From a virus, in UHGV virus genome UHGV-1321070: a stretch of 36,303 nucleotides of DNA; one strand, written 5' to 3'. Positions 1-8,996 of this stretch are shown here, in pieces. The first letter of the stretch is position 1. Each line of letters starts with the position of its first letter. A program made the translations under genes and the position numbers. The notes under the pieces are model-generated. The model was given only the letters and a program-made list of their open reading frames with translations, was not told the DNA's origin and searched no databases.

Positions 1-48
1 TTTAAAAAGAGATTTTATCTCTTAAGCGTAGTAATTTTAGCGGAGCCT

Positions 49-217
<169 letters not shown>

Positions 218-607
218 TTACTCTTTTTTCTCCGTATCTGCATCGGGTTCATCAGCAAATAGCTTGCCCTGCATCCGATCCAGTTCTTCTTTTCTTACCC
301 GCTTAACCACGCTGTAGACCCACTGAAGCGAAACACCAAATTTGCGGGCCAGTTCGTGGTGGTTGCGTCCGTTAAACTCCCTGAAGATTTCCCGGTCGCG
401 CTGACTGACCTTCCATACCATGCCCATCGGGAAATAAACGTTTTGCCCGCCCCAGACCTGCATCATTCGGTTCGCGACGGCCTGACCAATCTGGTCGGCA
501 ATTGCGGGCTCAATATCAATAATCTCGCGAACGGTCTCAGAGGTATGCTGTGCCAGTTCCACCAGGAGTTCCGGCCCTTTACTTCGAAACTGATTCAGGT
601 CGCTCAT
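218..607 (-). CDS. mor: Mor/C-family transcriptional activator (middle/late gene activator)
   Basis: 129 aa; pattern GGQNVYFP.G...RDREIFREFNGRN..ELARKFGVS...VY..VKRVR matches the conserved core of Mu Mor/C as I recall it; last gene of the early operon, as in Mu. Confidence 0.8.
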   Translation of the reverse strand: MSDLNQFRSKGPELLVELAQHTSETVREIIDIEPAIADQIGQAVANRMMQVWGGQNVYFPMGMVWKVSQRDREIFREFNGRNHHELARKFGVSLQWVYSVVKRVRKEELDRMQGKLFADEPDADTEKKE

Positions 608-1070
608 GTTTTACTCCCGCAGCTCTGCGCTGCCACTTCTTCAGTTTCTCAATAACACTACTTGCCTGTTCAGTATTGAGCCAGCGCAGGGCGCTGATGC
701 CCGTTTCCCGCTTGATCCACCGCGCTAATGCATTTTCTGAACGGTCACGAACAATGCCGGCAGCAGCCATTTCAAGCCATAGCGCACGGATTTTCCTGGA
801 CTGCGGATGGTTATCCAGCGGTAAACCGGAGCTGGCTTTTCCGGCAGGCTTAACGCGAAAGCCTTTCCTTTTCATGGATTCCAGCACGCAGTTTAGTTGT
901 GTGGTATCCATTCCTTTGGTTGAGGCTTTACCGGTCAGCCCCTGTAACATCTGGCGGTAGGTGTCTTCATCCATACCCAGTTCATTACGGGCAATATGAA
1001 TGAGCTGGATAAGACGTTGTTTAGTCATCATCGTTGCTCCTTTTACCTGCGCCACCGATATAATCGACAT
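579..1070 (-). CDS. gemA: GemA / Mu gp16-like regulatory protein
   Basis: 163 aa; motif LIQLIHIARNELGMDEDTYRQML...KASTKGMDTTQLN is typical of the Mu GemA (gp16) family; sits immediately upstream of mor as in Mu. Start codon uncertain (29-bp overlap with mor). Confidence 0.65.
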   Translation of the reverse strand: MSIISVAQVKGATMMTKQRLIQLIHIARNELGMDEDTYRQMLQGLTGKASTKGMDTTQLNCVLESMKRKGFRVKPAGKASSGLPLDNHPQSRKIRALWLEMAAAGIVRDRSENALARWIKRETGISALRWLNTEQASSVIEKLKKWQRRAAGVKHERPESVSK

Positions 1071-1236
1071 ATAAAGGAAGCGCCACAGGCCAGCACAGGA
1101 ACATCACCGACCAGCTAATCCAGTAGCCAGCACCACTGTAACGTGAATAAAACCCTGAACGGCGGTGCAGTTCAGCAGTACACCAACCGACAAAACAATA
1201 CCAGAACAGGGCACATACAACAGATTCAGCAGTCAT
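1021..1236 (-). CDS. Small hydrophobic protein (about 71 aa, two predicted TM helices)
   Basis: Trimmed from the 123-aa track ORF to the internal Met (MTAESVV...), which is preceded by a GGGGGG Shine-Dalgarno-like run; highly hydrophobic. Coding status uncertain. Confidence 0.3.
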   Translation of the reverse strand: MTAESVVCALFWYCFVGWCTAELHRRSGFYSRYSGAGYWISWSVMFLCWPVALPLYVDYIGGAGKRSNDDD

Positions 1237-1452
1237 TCTGAATATCCCCCCAACTGATATGAATATTACGGGCAGCAATGACAGGGTCGTTATTCCACCA
1301 TGCACCTGACATGTATTTTTCAACCTGTTCGCGTCCGGCAATAACACCAATTGTGATCCCCGGCCTGACGTTCTTAAAAAAGGCGCGGGCAAAAAGGTAT
1401 CTGGCAGATATTCGGCAGGCTTTTAATTTCCGGCTTTTACCTGATAGCGTAA

Positions 1453-2172
1453 TCATCTGGCCTCCAGTTTCTGTTGTTCCTGCCCACTGACCGGGCGGTG
1501 CAGTCTGACGTTCTGCCCTTCAAGAAACCCCGCATAGCGCGAGGCGTCGCCATTGCGGCTTCTTCCCGGTTTACGCGCTCTGGTGGTTTGCGTTTGCGGG
1601 TATTTATGTTCCAGCCACTGCTGCATCAGTTCACGTTCGTCATCGGTCAGGGCGAAGGACTGTATTTCACTGATAACGGCCAGCACCCAGCCTTCAGCAA
1701 ACTGGTCACCACGGCTGGTACGGGTGGCAGTTTTTATTCTTTTGTTCTGTGCGCTGATATATTGCTGACGCGCCTTTTTCAGCTGGCGGGCCAGCACTTC
1801 CCAGGTGTATGCAGCCAGTGCCGCACGTTCCCGGTTGCCGTAGAACCCCACAGACGGATGCGTGCCGGGGTGAATGATGGAGTTAACACCAAATACCTCG
1901 CGGATGATGTTCATCAGGCCCAGCATGTAGCGCGGTGGACGGAGACTGCCTGTCGGCCAGTAGTGACTGATGGTTTCATCAATATCACTCATAGCAATGT
2001 CGGAATGTGTGATGCCGTGAACATCCATCAGTTTACGGGCTCGGCGCAGTGCCAGAGCGGCCTCGTGCGGGTTGCCGGATGCGGCCAGCGCCAGCAACTT
2101 TTTCAGTTTCTCAATGTGTTTATTCTGGTCTGTCATTGTTCTGTATCTCCGGTATTTTTCTGCCGTTTCCAT
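1453..2172 (-). CDS. Conserved phage early protein (DUF2786-like N-terminus)
   Basis: 239 aa; N-terminal KHIEKLKKLLALAASGNPHEAALALRRARKLM resembles the DUF2786 signature found in many prophage early regions. Confidence 0.5.
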   Translation of the reverse strand: METAEKYRRYRTMTDQNKHIEKLKKLLALAASGNPHEAALALRRARKLMDVHGITHSDIAMSDIDETISHYWPTGSLRPPRYMLGLMNIIREVFGVNSIIHPGTHPSVGFYGNRERAALAAYTWEVLARQLKKARQQYISAQNKRIKTATRTSRGDQFAEGWVLAVISEIQSFALTDDERELMQQWLEHKYPQTQTTRARKPGRSRNGDASRYAGFLEGQNVRLHRPVSGQEQQKLEAR

Positions 2173-2348
2173 GCCCGGACAGCGTCGGACAGCTCTTTCA
2201 GGCTGTATGCTGCTTTAAGCTTTTCCCATAACCACTGTGTTGTTATGTGCATCAGCAGGGCAGCCAGGGCTGCCCCCGCACTGAGGCATGTCGCCAGGCC
2301 AGTAAGAATCAGTATCCATGCGGTGATTTCCCTGAGTATGTCAGCCAT
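2133..2348 (-). CDS. Small membrane protein (71 aa)
   Basis: One strongly hydrophobic segment (WILILTGLATCLSAGAALAALLM); tightly packed in the early operon. Confidence 0.35.
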   Translation of the reverse strand: MADILREITAWILILTGLATCLSAGAALAALLMHITTQWLWEKLKAAYSLKELSDAVRAWKRQKNTGDTEQ

Positions 2349-2362
2349 TGAATGCCTCCCGG

Positions 2363-2659
2363 TTACTCGTTCGTGTAAATCACGCCCAGTCGTGCAGCCA
2401 GACGTTCCAGTTTTTTCTGTTTGTGGAAGTCAATCAGCCGGTCCATCCCCTGAAGGCGCAATTGCTCTGTCATGATTTCCACGTCTGCCAGCTCTGCCGC
2501 GAGGTCGCTTTCGCTGCCCTGTCCGTTCAGATTGCGGGCAGCACTGGCCGCCAGTTCAGCGGCCTCTTCTGTCAGTTTCAGGGCCTGTGCGTCCGGCCCG
2601 AAACGCTGCAGGGCCAGACGGTAGAGGGCGGTGCGGGTGAGTATGGTGTTCCGTGTCAT
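2363..2659 (-). CDS. MazG-like nucleotide pyrophosphohydrolase (small all-alpha NTP-PPase)
   Basis: 98 aa with the paired acidic motifs EEAAEL and ELADVEIM characteristic of MazG/HisE-type pyrophosphohydrolases. Confidence 0.55.
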   Translation of the reverse strand: MTRNTILTRTALYRLALQRFGPDAQALKLTEEAAELAASAARNLNGQGSESDLAAELADVEIMTEQLRLQGMDRLIDFHKQKKLERLAARLGVIYTNE

Positions 2660-2668
2660 GCCGCGCCC

Positions 2669-2941
2669 TCAGTGCTTCCGGCTGACGGTGATGTGCAGGC
2701 CGCCTTCTGCAGTGGTTTCCATCCGGTACGGCACCTCATGCGCTGCCGTGTGGGTTAGTGTGTTCACCAGTACCTGCAGGGCAGCCGCCTTTCCGTTGGT
2801 CGCCACAATGGCTTGAGCGGTCATGCTGATTAGCGCCGTCAGGACGTGCTTCACATCGGTGAGGTCGCGGCATTCACACTCGTTGACATAGTGTTCAACA
2901 AGGGTTCGGGTGCGCTGTCGTGCTTCCTGTGGGGTAATCAT
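2669..2941 (-). CDS. Hypothetical early protein (90 aa)
   Basis: ORF in the early operon, stop overlapping the next start; no recognisable motif. Confidence 0.4.
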   Translation of the reverse strand: MITPQEARQRTRTLVEHYVNECECRDLTDVKHVLTALISMTAQAIVATNGKAAALQVLVNTLTHTAAHEVPYRMETTAEGGLHITVSRKH

Positions 2942-3132
2942 TGCGAGTCCTCCCTGTCAGGGCGGGAGAATTCCATGACGGGCACGTCTGCCGAAAAATG
3001 CTGGCTGCAGTACGGGCAGACCAGGGTGACGCGTACCGCAGGGATGTGGTATTTACCGGACATCACGGCGATGGCGCTGTGAAAACGCAGGGCTGTTATA
3101 TCCCTCTCGCACTGAATACATTTAAATATCAT
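2938..3132 (-). CDS. Zinc-ribbon protein (CxxC...CxxC), 64 aa
   Basis: Cys pairs at C5/C8 and C39/C42 (KCIQCER ... VCPYCSQ); similar in size and Cys pattern to small phage zinc fingers such as Mu Com, but no adjacent mom-like gene. Confidence 0.4.
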   Translation of the reverse strand: MIFKCIQCERDITALRFHSAIAVMSGKYHIPAVRVTLVCPYCSQHFSADVPVMEFSRPDREDSQ

Positions 3133-3229
3133 GATTTAATTCTCCTCTGTTTCCGGCGTGCAGAAGCCCGCGGCGCTGACGTCGGAATAAAAAAGAAAAT
3201 GTTTTTATTAAATAATTAACGTGGTGTGT

Positions 3230-3760
3230 TTACTGCACATCCTGCTCAAAAGGAATTATTGAAAAATCCTCAATGTCGCTTTTAATGGAAATACCGGGAA
3301 TATTTTTCACGGCCTCTTTTTCATTCAGGATAGCGTCTTTATTTATTTCCTCTTTTACACGAATAAAGCGCTCAAGCCCCAGACGTCTCAGTAATTCAAT
3401 AACATTATCCGCCCCACGGATACTGACTGATGGCGGACGGTTTCGCCACTGCACCTCGCCGGTGGTGAGGTTAGCGAACTTCACCTTCCCGTTGCCGGTC
3501 AGTTCATCACGGTGTGCCTCACACCATGTCTGAATACCGGACTGCAGTTCGGCCATGCGTTTTTTCAGGCTCTCGGTGAGCGGGGCATAACGTGCGGTGA
3601 TATCGCCAATGGCGTCATTCATTTCTGTTTCAGCCCTGACCAGTTCACGTTGTGCGTCACCGAGTAGTCTGATTCCCTCAATGACCTCTTCACGTGTCCC
3701 CGGCACCCAGAGTGCTGCTGCGGCCTTGATACGTTTTGCACCTTTTGTACTTTTTGCCAT
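3230..3760 (-). CDS. gam: Host-nuclease inhibitor Gam (DNA end-binding, Ku-like)
   Basis: 176 aa; strong similarity along the length to Mu Gam as I recall it (ETEMNDAI...WCEA.RDELT..GKVK.ANL.TG.V.WR.RPPSVSIRG...RLGL.RFIR.K.EINK.AIL...DFSIIPFEQ). Confidence 0.9.
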   Translation of the reverse strand: MAKSTKGAKRIKAAAALWVPGTREEVIEGIRLLGDAQRELVRAETEMNDAIGDITARYAPLTESLKKRMAELQSGIQTWCEAHRDELTGNGKVKFANLTTGEVQWRNRPPSVSIRGADNVIELLRRLGLERFIRVKEEINKDAILNEKEAVKNIPGISIKSDIEDFSIIPFEQDVQ

Positions 3761-3787
3761 TTTTTATGATTTCTCCAGTTGTGCTGA

Positions 3788-4057
3788 TTACCACAAAGAT
3801 TCCGGCCACACGACGCGACAGCCGTGCAGTTCGAAAACGCCCTGACGGAAATATCCCCTGTGGTCATGTCCGGTATACAGATAACAGGCCTTTCCCTGCT
3901 CAAGCATGCGCATGCAATGCGCACTCCGGGAAACGCGGATGACAGGTTTGTTACCCCTGATGGTGATGCTTTGTACATCCGTGTTCGTCGCCTTAAGCGC
4001 CATAATGGCTGACTGCACTTTGCTGATTTGCTGGTTGATACCTGTGGTGGATTTCAT
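3788..4057 (-). CDS. Hypothetical early protein (89 aa), position of kil-type genes
   Basis: ORF between B-like ATPase and gam; no motif recognised. Function inferred from position only. Confidence 0.35.
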   Translation of the reverse strand: MKSTTGINQQISKVQSAIMALKATNTDVQSITIRGNKPVIRVSRSAHCMRMLEQGKACYLYTGHDHRGYFRQGVFELHGCRVVWPESLW

Positions 4058-4059
4058 TA

Positions 4060-5226
4060 TTAAACCCCTTTGACAACGTCAGCGTTGACCTGTGGAACCC
4101 CGATTTCAGCGGCCAGATTCATGGCGGCTATTACCAGGTTACTGACGGCCAGCGGATACAGCAGGCTGACCATATTTTTACGGTGACTTCCCGGATTGCT
4201 CAGGCGGGCACGTATGGCATCCACTGCACCGGCGTCCATAATGTCCGTCAGCTGTTTACCGGCCCGTTGCAGTTTGAACGTCAGAAATTCTTCAAGGTTA
4301 TTGTCCAGAGGCAGAAGTTCGACCACCTCACAGCGCTGAACGACTTCACGGACTTCCATATTGCGTTCAGACAGTTTTGTCGCCAGTTCCGGCTGGCCAA
4401 TCAGCACGATGGACAGCAGTTTTTTGAAACCGGACTCCAGCTCAAAAAAGCGTTTGAGGTGTTTCAGTGTCGGAATGGGCAGACTGTGGGCCTCCTCAAT
4501 CACCAGAACGTGGCTGAACCCCGCCTGGCTGCTGTCTTTCAGGACGCGATGCAACTGGCGAAAACGGGCGTCCTGACTGCGTCTGATGCTTTCCAGTGGT
4601 GCGATGGTACTGATAATGGCTTCGGCAATAGCTGCTGCCTTCAGGGTTTTCCCTTTCACATCGTTGTCTTCCATAGCGATGATGTATGGCTCGATAACAA
4701 TTACCGGCGCATTCTCGCGGTTGATACGTTCAGTCAGGTCGCGGCGCAGCGTGGATTTACCCGCACCGGACTCACCGATGACGGCCATAAACCCACCATG
4801 ACGGGCTGTCTGGTACAGCGCCTCACGCACGTAGCGAATGTCCGGGGTGGTGAACACATCATCAGAACCCTGCATGGCTTCGTCGGCGAACGGGTCACGG
4901 AAAAGACCAAACGCTTTTTTGGTTGCTGGAAATAACACCTGTTTTTTGAGTAACATATTCTCTTCCTCACTGAGGCTCGTTTTATCTGTGGTACCCGCTG
5001 TACGGGGCGTGGCCGCGCCCTGTACAGCATCAAAACTCTTCGTTGTATCAATCCCCTGACTTTCCAGCCAGGACGCAAGACGCCGGCGCACTTCTCCGGG
5101 GCTGGTGCGGGGCCACGCGTTATGATTCACAATCTGGGCCAGCGTGGCCTCAGAAACATCGACAGCTCTCGCCACCACCGCCTGTGGAATACGGGCCTCT
5201 TTCAGTTGCTGCTTCAGTACCAGCAT
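4060..5226 (-). CDS. MuB-like AAA+ ATPase (transposition target-DNA activator) with N-terminal HTH
   Basis: Walker A GESGAGKST, Walker B-like HVLVIEEAH; start set at the Met preceded by GAGGAGGG (track ORF starts 39 nt upstream); immediately downstream of the transposase as in Mu A-B. Confidence 0.7.
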   Translation of the reverse strand: MLVLKQQLKEARIPQAVVARAVDVSEATLAQIVNHNAWPRTSPGEVRRRLASWLESQGIDTTKSFDAVQGAATPRTAGTTDKTSLSEEENMLLKKQVLFPATKKAFGLFRDPFADEAMQGSDDVFTTPDIRYVREALYQTARHGGFMAVIGESGAGKSTLRRDLTERINRENAPVIVIEPYIIAMEDNDVKGKTLKAAAIAEAIISTIAPLESIRRSQDARFRQLHRVLKDSSQAGFSHVLVIEEAHSLPIPTLKHLKRFFELESGFKKLLSIVLIGQPELATKLSERNMEVREVVQRCEVVELLPLDNNLEEFLTFKLQRAGKQLTDIMDAGAVDAIRARLSNPGSHRKNMVSLLYPLAVSNLVIAAMNLAAEIGVPQVNADVVKGV

Positions 5227-5236
5227 GTTTCCCTCC

Positions 5237-7006
5237 TCAGTTGCCGTTAACAATGCTGATAACACTGCTGCGGGCCGGTGTGGTCAGCGTGGCCATGACT
5301 TCATCCAGTGCGGCTTCCGGTACGCCGTCCGGGTACTGTGCCGTTAACTGGCGGTAATGTTCCGGCGTCCAGGTAAGGCCGTCGGCGCTGAACTTATCGC
5401 GCAGGGCTTTCGCGGCCTCCACATGAGTCATGGGACGTTGTTCAGTGCGCGGCCCGCGTACGTCAGAGGCCTGACCACGCTTCGGCATATAGGCCGGAAG
5501 TGTGGTGTCGTCGATATGTTTATACGGGTCAAGCCGCCCGCCGAACGGCAGCGCCTTCGCCTTGCGTGCGGCGGCTGCATCTGCGGCGTTGTCTGTACCG
5601 GTAACCAGCGCTTCGGTTTCTTTTGCCGCCATCTGTGCCGGGGTTTCCGGCAGGGCTTTGTAACTTTCGCCAAATACCGCCGCGCCTTCAGCAAAGCCAA
5701 ACTCGTTCTTTCTGACCTCTTCGACCAGGAAGAACGTCTCGTGGCCGTCCTCACCGGTCAGAACCACCTGTGCCACATCGCTGCGCCATGGGTTACGGGT
5801 AATCATCAGTTTTTCACCAACCAGTACGCCCGGTACCGTTGATACGTCAAATTCAGTGCCCCGGAACGAGACACGAAGTTTTGGCGTGACTTTGCGGAGT
5901 TCTGGTGCCGCCACAGCCAGTTCACGACATACCTCAACGGAAGGCGCTTTTTTCAGCTGCTCAGCAGTAATCTTCAGCCAGATATCCGTGCGGGTTTTAC
6001 CGTGGCGGCTGTGAACAGCCGTGGCGTTAAAGTGGCTGCGCCATTTCGCGGCCAGCGCGTTGAGTTCTTCCAGACTGTGAACCGGCCGGAACTTCAGACC
6101 CGGCTCCAGCTTGCGTTCGATAATGTCACGCGCCTTTTCCACCTGTCCGGTGGCGCGGGCGTTATGCGGCTTGTGCGCTATCAGGTCGATGCCCAGTGAG
6201 CGGCACATGTTTTTCGTCATACCCGCGGTGTTTGCCGAGCCGGGGTCGAGATAGAGTATTTTCGGCACGCCGTGCAGCACGTCTGCGCCGCCACGCTCCT
6301 GCATGGCGTTGATAAGCACAGAACACAGGTTCTCACCTGATTCCGCGCCCGTCACATACTCAACGTAAATCCAGCCGCTGGCATGGTCGGTAATCTCGTA
6401 ACTCCACACGCGGTCACTGGCGATACGGGCAAGGTTAGCGGGCTTGTTCTTGTAGAACTTCGCGCTGTCCATCACCTGCAGCCCTTTATGTCCATTGCTC
6501 AGGTAGTAAAGCGTGCAGAGTGAGGCGTCAATCTGCCAGACATGATTGGGATGCAGACTGGCCACTTCGGTATGTGGTGCAGGGGCATCCAGTTGTTCCG
6601 GGTGCAGGCCATAGTTACGCAGAGCACGGCTGATGGCATCTTCAGACAACGGGAAAAACTCACTGGTGGTTTCATCTGTTCTGCCTGCGGTGATAAAGCC
6701 GTTAGCCCGCAGGGTTTCCACTGCATCTGCGATGGAATAGAGACGCTTACCGTTCTTGCGGGTGGCCTCACGCAGTGTGGCAGATATCAGCGCGGCTTCG
6801 TCGCGGGTCAGGGCGCTGCGCCCGGCATCGGCGCGTTTTTTGCGTTTATCAGTCACAGAGACCTCCTTCAGCCTGCGCAGCAGAGTGGCGCGGGACATGC
6901 CAAGTTCAGCACAGGCAGCGTCGTATATTGCACCGCGTTTACCATGCCCCGCGTCACGTGCCGCGCGGGCGACATAAACCAGTCGTTCAGTCAGGGCAGC
7001 ATTCAT
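5237..7006 (-). CDS. MuA-like DDE transposase
   Basis: 589 aa; N-terminal HTH (GMSRATLLRRLKE), central integrase-core-like region (HVWQID ... D/E-rich), Mu-transposase-like C-terminal region; GGAGG RBS 7 nt upstream of the ATG. Confidence 0.8.
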   Translation of the reverse strand: MNAALTERLVYVARAARDAGHGKRGAIYDAACAELGMSRATLLRRLKEVSVTDKRKKRADAGRSALTRDEAALISATLREATRKNGKRLYSIADAVETLRANGFITAGRTDETTSEFFPLSEDAISRALRNYGLHPEQLDAPAPHTEVASLHPNHVWQIDASLCTLYYLSNGHKGLQVMDSAKFYKNKPANLARIASDRVWSYEITDHASGWIYVEYVTGAESGENLCSVLINAMQERGGADVLHGVPKILYLDPGSANTAGMTKNMCRSLGIDLIAHKPHNARATGQVEKARDIIERKLEPGLKFRPVHSLEELNALAAKWRSHFNATAVHSRHGKTRTDIWLKITAEQLKKAPSVEVCRELAVAAPELRKVTPKLRVSFRGTEFDVSTVPGVLVGEKLMITRNPWRSDVAQVVLTGEDGHETFFLVEEVRKNEFGFAEGAAVFGESYKALPETPAQMAAKETEALVTGTDNAADAAAARKAKALPFGGRLDPYKHIDDTTLPAYMPKRGQASDVRGPRTEQRPMTHVEAAKALRDKFSADGLTWTPEHYRQLTAQYPDGVPEAALDEVMATLTTPARSSVISIVNGN

Positions 7007-7009
7007 TGG

Positions 7010-7924
7010 TTATGCCTCCAGCCCGTTAATCTGTGGCGTCGGCTCAGTCAGCCATGAAGGCGCTGCATTGCCTGTTGGCTCGTCCGGCAGGTCAAATGTG
7101 GAGCGCAGGCTACGCGCTGTGCTTTCCAGTTGACAGACCAGGCCTGCCATGAAGTCTCTGGGGGTATCAATCATGTTTTCAGCACAATATGCGCACAGCG
7201 TCTCAAAAGCGCTGGACAGTCGGACGGCGATAGCAGATTCCGCCTCAACCGCTAATGCTGTTACTTCCGCCCGCAGCTTCTTAACCTCCTCATCAGGCTC
7301 AGGCGGCTGAATACGGGATTTCTTCTCCAGTCTGGTGGAGAGTGAATCTATTTTTTCATTTTTGTCGGCGAGTACGCGCTGTTGTGCTGCGTTGGTTTCG
7401 CGCGCTTCGCGCAGGGCCTGACGCAATTCACGTACTGACATGCGATCAACGTCGTCAAGCGTCAGGCCGGCAACTGTGCCGCCGTCGGCCAATTCATCAA
7501 GTTCTTCATTATCCAGAACCATCAGGTCGTACAGTTTGGCTTTCCCCAAAACGCTCAACGTTGAGCGTTTTGTTGGCTCATCACCTTCTCCCAAAAACTT
7601 CATACTGGCTTGCATCATGCGGCGAGCAACTTGTGGTGCAAGTCCGAGTTCATTTTCTAAAATGTTTGTAAAATCACCGTGTGGCTCATTTTCTTTTAAG
7701 ATGATCAGCCGCTTACCCGCTTCCAGCATAGATTCAGCACTCTGCGCCATATAAAAACGTGCTTCGTGAACAATGCGATCACGTTCATAAGGCAGTCCAT
7801 CACCAAACTGCTGCATAATTTCCATGCGATGCTGTGTCATAGCGTTCAAATTGACATTGATGTTATCTGACAGCGGAACCTCAACATTCAGTTCAGTGTT
7901 AACGGGTGATTTGGTGCGTCCCAT
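7010..7924 (-). CDS. Conserved early protein of unknown function (304 aa)
   Basis: Coiled-coil-rich acidic protein; stop abuts the transposase start; occupies the position between the regulators and the transposase. Confidence 0.45.
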   Translation of the reverse strand: MGRTKSPVNTELNVEVPLSDNINVNLNAMTQHRMEIMQQFGDGLPYERDRIVHEARFYMAQSAESMLEAGKRLIILKENEPHGDFTNILENELGLAPQVARRMMQASMKFLGEGDEPTKRSTLSVLGKAKLYDLMVLDNEELDELADGGTVAGLTLDDVDRMSVRELRQALREARETNAAQQRVLADKNEKIDSLSTRLEKKSRIQPPEPDEEVKKLRAEVTALAVEAESAIAVRLSSAFETLCAYCAENMIDTPRDFMAGLVCQLESTARSLRSTFDLPDEPTGNAAPSWLTEPTPQINGLEA

Positions 7925-7934
7925 TGATTACTCC

Positions 7935-8306
7935 TTACAAACGACTACCTGAAATAACTCGTTGGTTGATTTCGTTAATACGATCCTGTGCACGCGCCAT
8001 CTCGTGACTGTGAGCCATGGCGATCTGTAGTAACTGGATTCCCGGTGCGAAACGTCCGTTCTCTAATTTCATGGCCAGTCCCTCTTCAATAAGGGTATTA
8101 AGTGCTCGATTGATATTCGCCGGGGACTCCCCCAGGGCTGATGCCAGTTCACCGTTAGAAACACCGTTCAGAGCATGACCGCGTAGAGCTTTGAGTACAC
8201 GTAGGATGCGGGTCCCAGAACTGGAAATATTTACTTTACTCATGTCACATTTCCATTTTTGCAATATGTGATAACCTGTTGCATATGTGGAAAATTTATG
8301 CCGCAT
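7935..8306 (-). CDS. Winged-helix DNA-binding protein (MarR/IclR-like HTH)
   Basis: 123 aa; segment GTRILRVLKALRGHALNGVSNGELASALGESPANINRALNTLIEEGL is a typical wHTH. Overlaps the ner-like gene by 11 bp; an internal start (MSKVNISS) is possible. Confidence 0.45.
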   Translation of the reverse strand: MRHKFSTYATGYHILQKWKCDMSKVNISSSGTRILRVLKALRGHALNGVSNGELASALGESPANINRALNTLIEEGLAMKLENGRFAPGIQLLQIAMAHSHEMARAQDRINEINQRVISGSRL

Positions 8307-8484
8307 TTGACGTGGGTTTTAATCCCAGTTTTACGGCAATTTCATGGGCTTTGCCGTAACGAGCTTTGGTCTGTCCATTGAGAACACGATAGACCTCATT
8401 GCGGCTGTAGCCGTGTTCTTCGGCCCAGCGGGTAAACGTGATACCACGCTGACGGAAGAGATTTTTAACTTGTTCGGAAGTCAT
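8296..8484 (-). CDS. Ner/Cro-like small DNA-binding regulator (first gene of early operon)
   Basis: 62 aa HTH protein (RWAEEHGYSRNEVYRVLNG) at the head of the leftward early operon, divergent from the repressor gene: the position Ner occupies in Mu. Confidence 0.55.
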   Translation of the reverse strand: MTSEQVKNLFRQRGITFTRWAEEHGYSRNEVYRVLNGQTKARYGKAHEIAVKLGLKPTSNAA

Positions 8485-8534
8485 TGTTGTCTCCTTTGTT
8501 GATGCAATGATGTTTGTTTTATATGTGATAGATT

Positions 8535-8996
8535 ATGAGAACTATTGTTCTCATTGTCAATGAGGTTTATGTGAATTTTGATTCTCTTTGCGCGTCGCGG
8601 TTCAAAGCTGAGCGTTCGCGGTTATCACTCAAGCAGGCTGAAGTAGCAGCCCTTTGTGGCGTTTCAAGAGAAATGTGGGGGAAATATGAACGAGGGGTTG
8701 CTGTTCCCGGAGGTGAGTTACTTGCAGCCTTTGCAAGAATTGGGGCCAATGTACAGTTCATTCTTACCGGGGAGTCATCAGGTATAACTTTATCACGTGA
8801 TGAAATGGAGTTACTGCAGCACTACCGGCAGGCACCATTACAGGTCAAAGGTTCAGTTTTGTCGGCCTTGACTACTGGCTCCTCCAGAGAACGGGCGGAA
8901 CAGGTTATTCATGGAGATGTTCTGGGGAATGTTATCAAAGGTAACGTAACCATAGGAACAGGTGGAATAATGAACAAAAATACCAAGAGAAGATGA
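8535..8996 (+). CDS. XRE-family HTH repressor (candidate immunity repressor c)
   Basis: HTH LSLKQAEVAALCGVSREMWGKYERG; divergent from the early operon. The true start may be the GTG at 8571, which follows a GAGG RBS and would place the palindrome upstream of the gene. Confidence 0.65.
   Translation: MRTIVLIVNEVYVNFDSLCASRFKAERSRLSLKQAEVAALCGVSREMWGKYERGVAVPGGELLAAFARIGANVQFILTGESSGITLSRDEMELLQHYRQAPLQVKGSVLSALTTGSSRERAEQVIHGDVLGNVIKGNVTIGTGGIMNKNTKRR
8537..8552. promoter_or_regulatory. Candidate operator: perfect palindrome GAGAACTATTGTTCTC
   Basis: 6-bp arms GAGAAC/GTTCTC around TATT in the divergent ner-like / repressor control region. Confidence 0.45.

Noticed and set aside
1226-1456. 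76-aa minus-strand ORF
   Set aside because: Overlaps the better-supported small membrane ORF in another frame and lacks a start context; left unannotated, though a small gene in 1237..1452 cannot be excluded.
1474-2475. 333-aa plus-strand ORF spanning the early region
   Set aside because: Lies antisense to three tightly packed minus-strand genes (DUF2786-like, membrane protein, MazG-like) that have recognisable motifs; looks like a shadow ORF in GC-rich DNA.
2938-3132. Com/Mom DNA-modification module
   Set aside because: The zinc ribbon resembles Com in size and Cys spacing, but no Mom-like gene follows it and it sits in the early operon rather than at the right end; kept only as a generic zinc-ribbon protein.
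4183-4935. 250-aa plus-strand ORF
   Set aside because: Antisense to the Walker-motif-containing B-like ATPase gene; no start context; shadow ORF.
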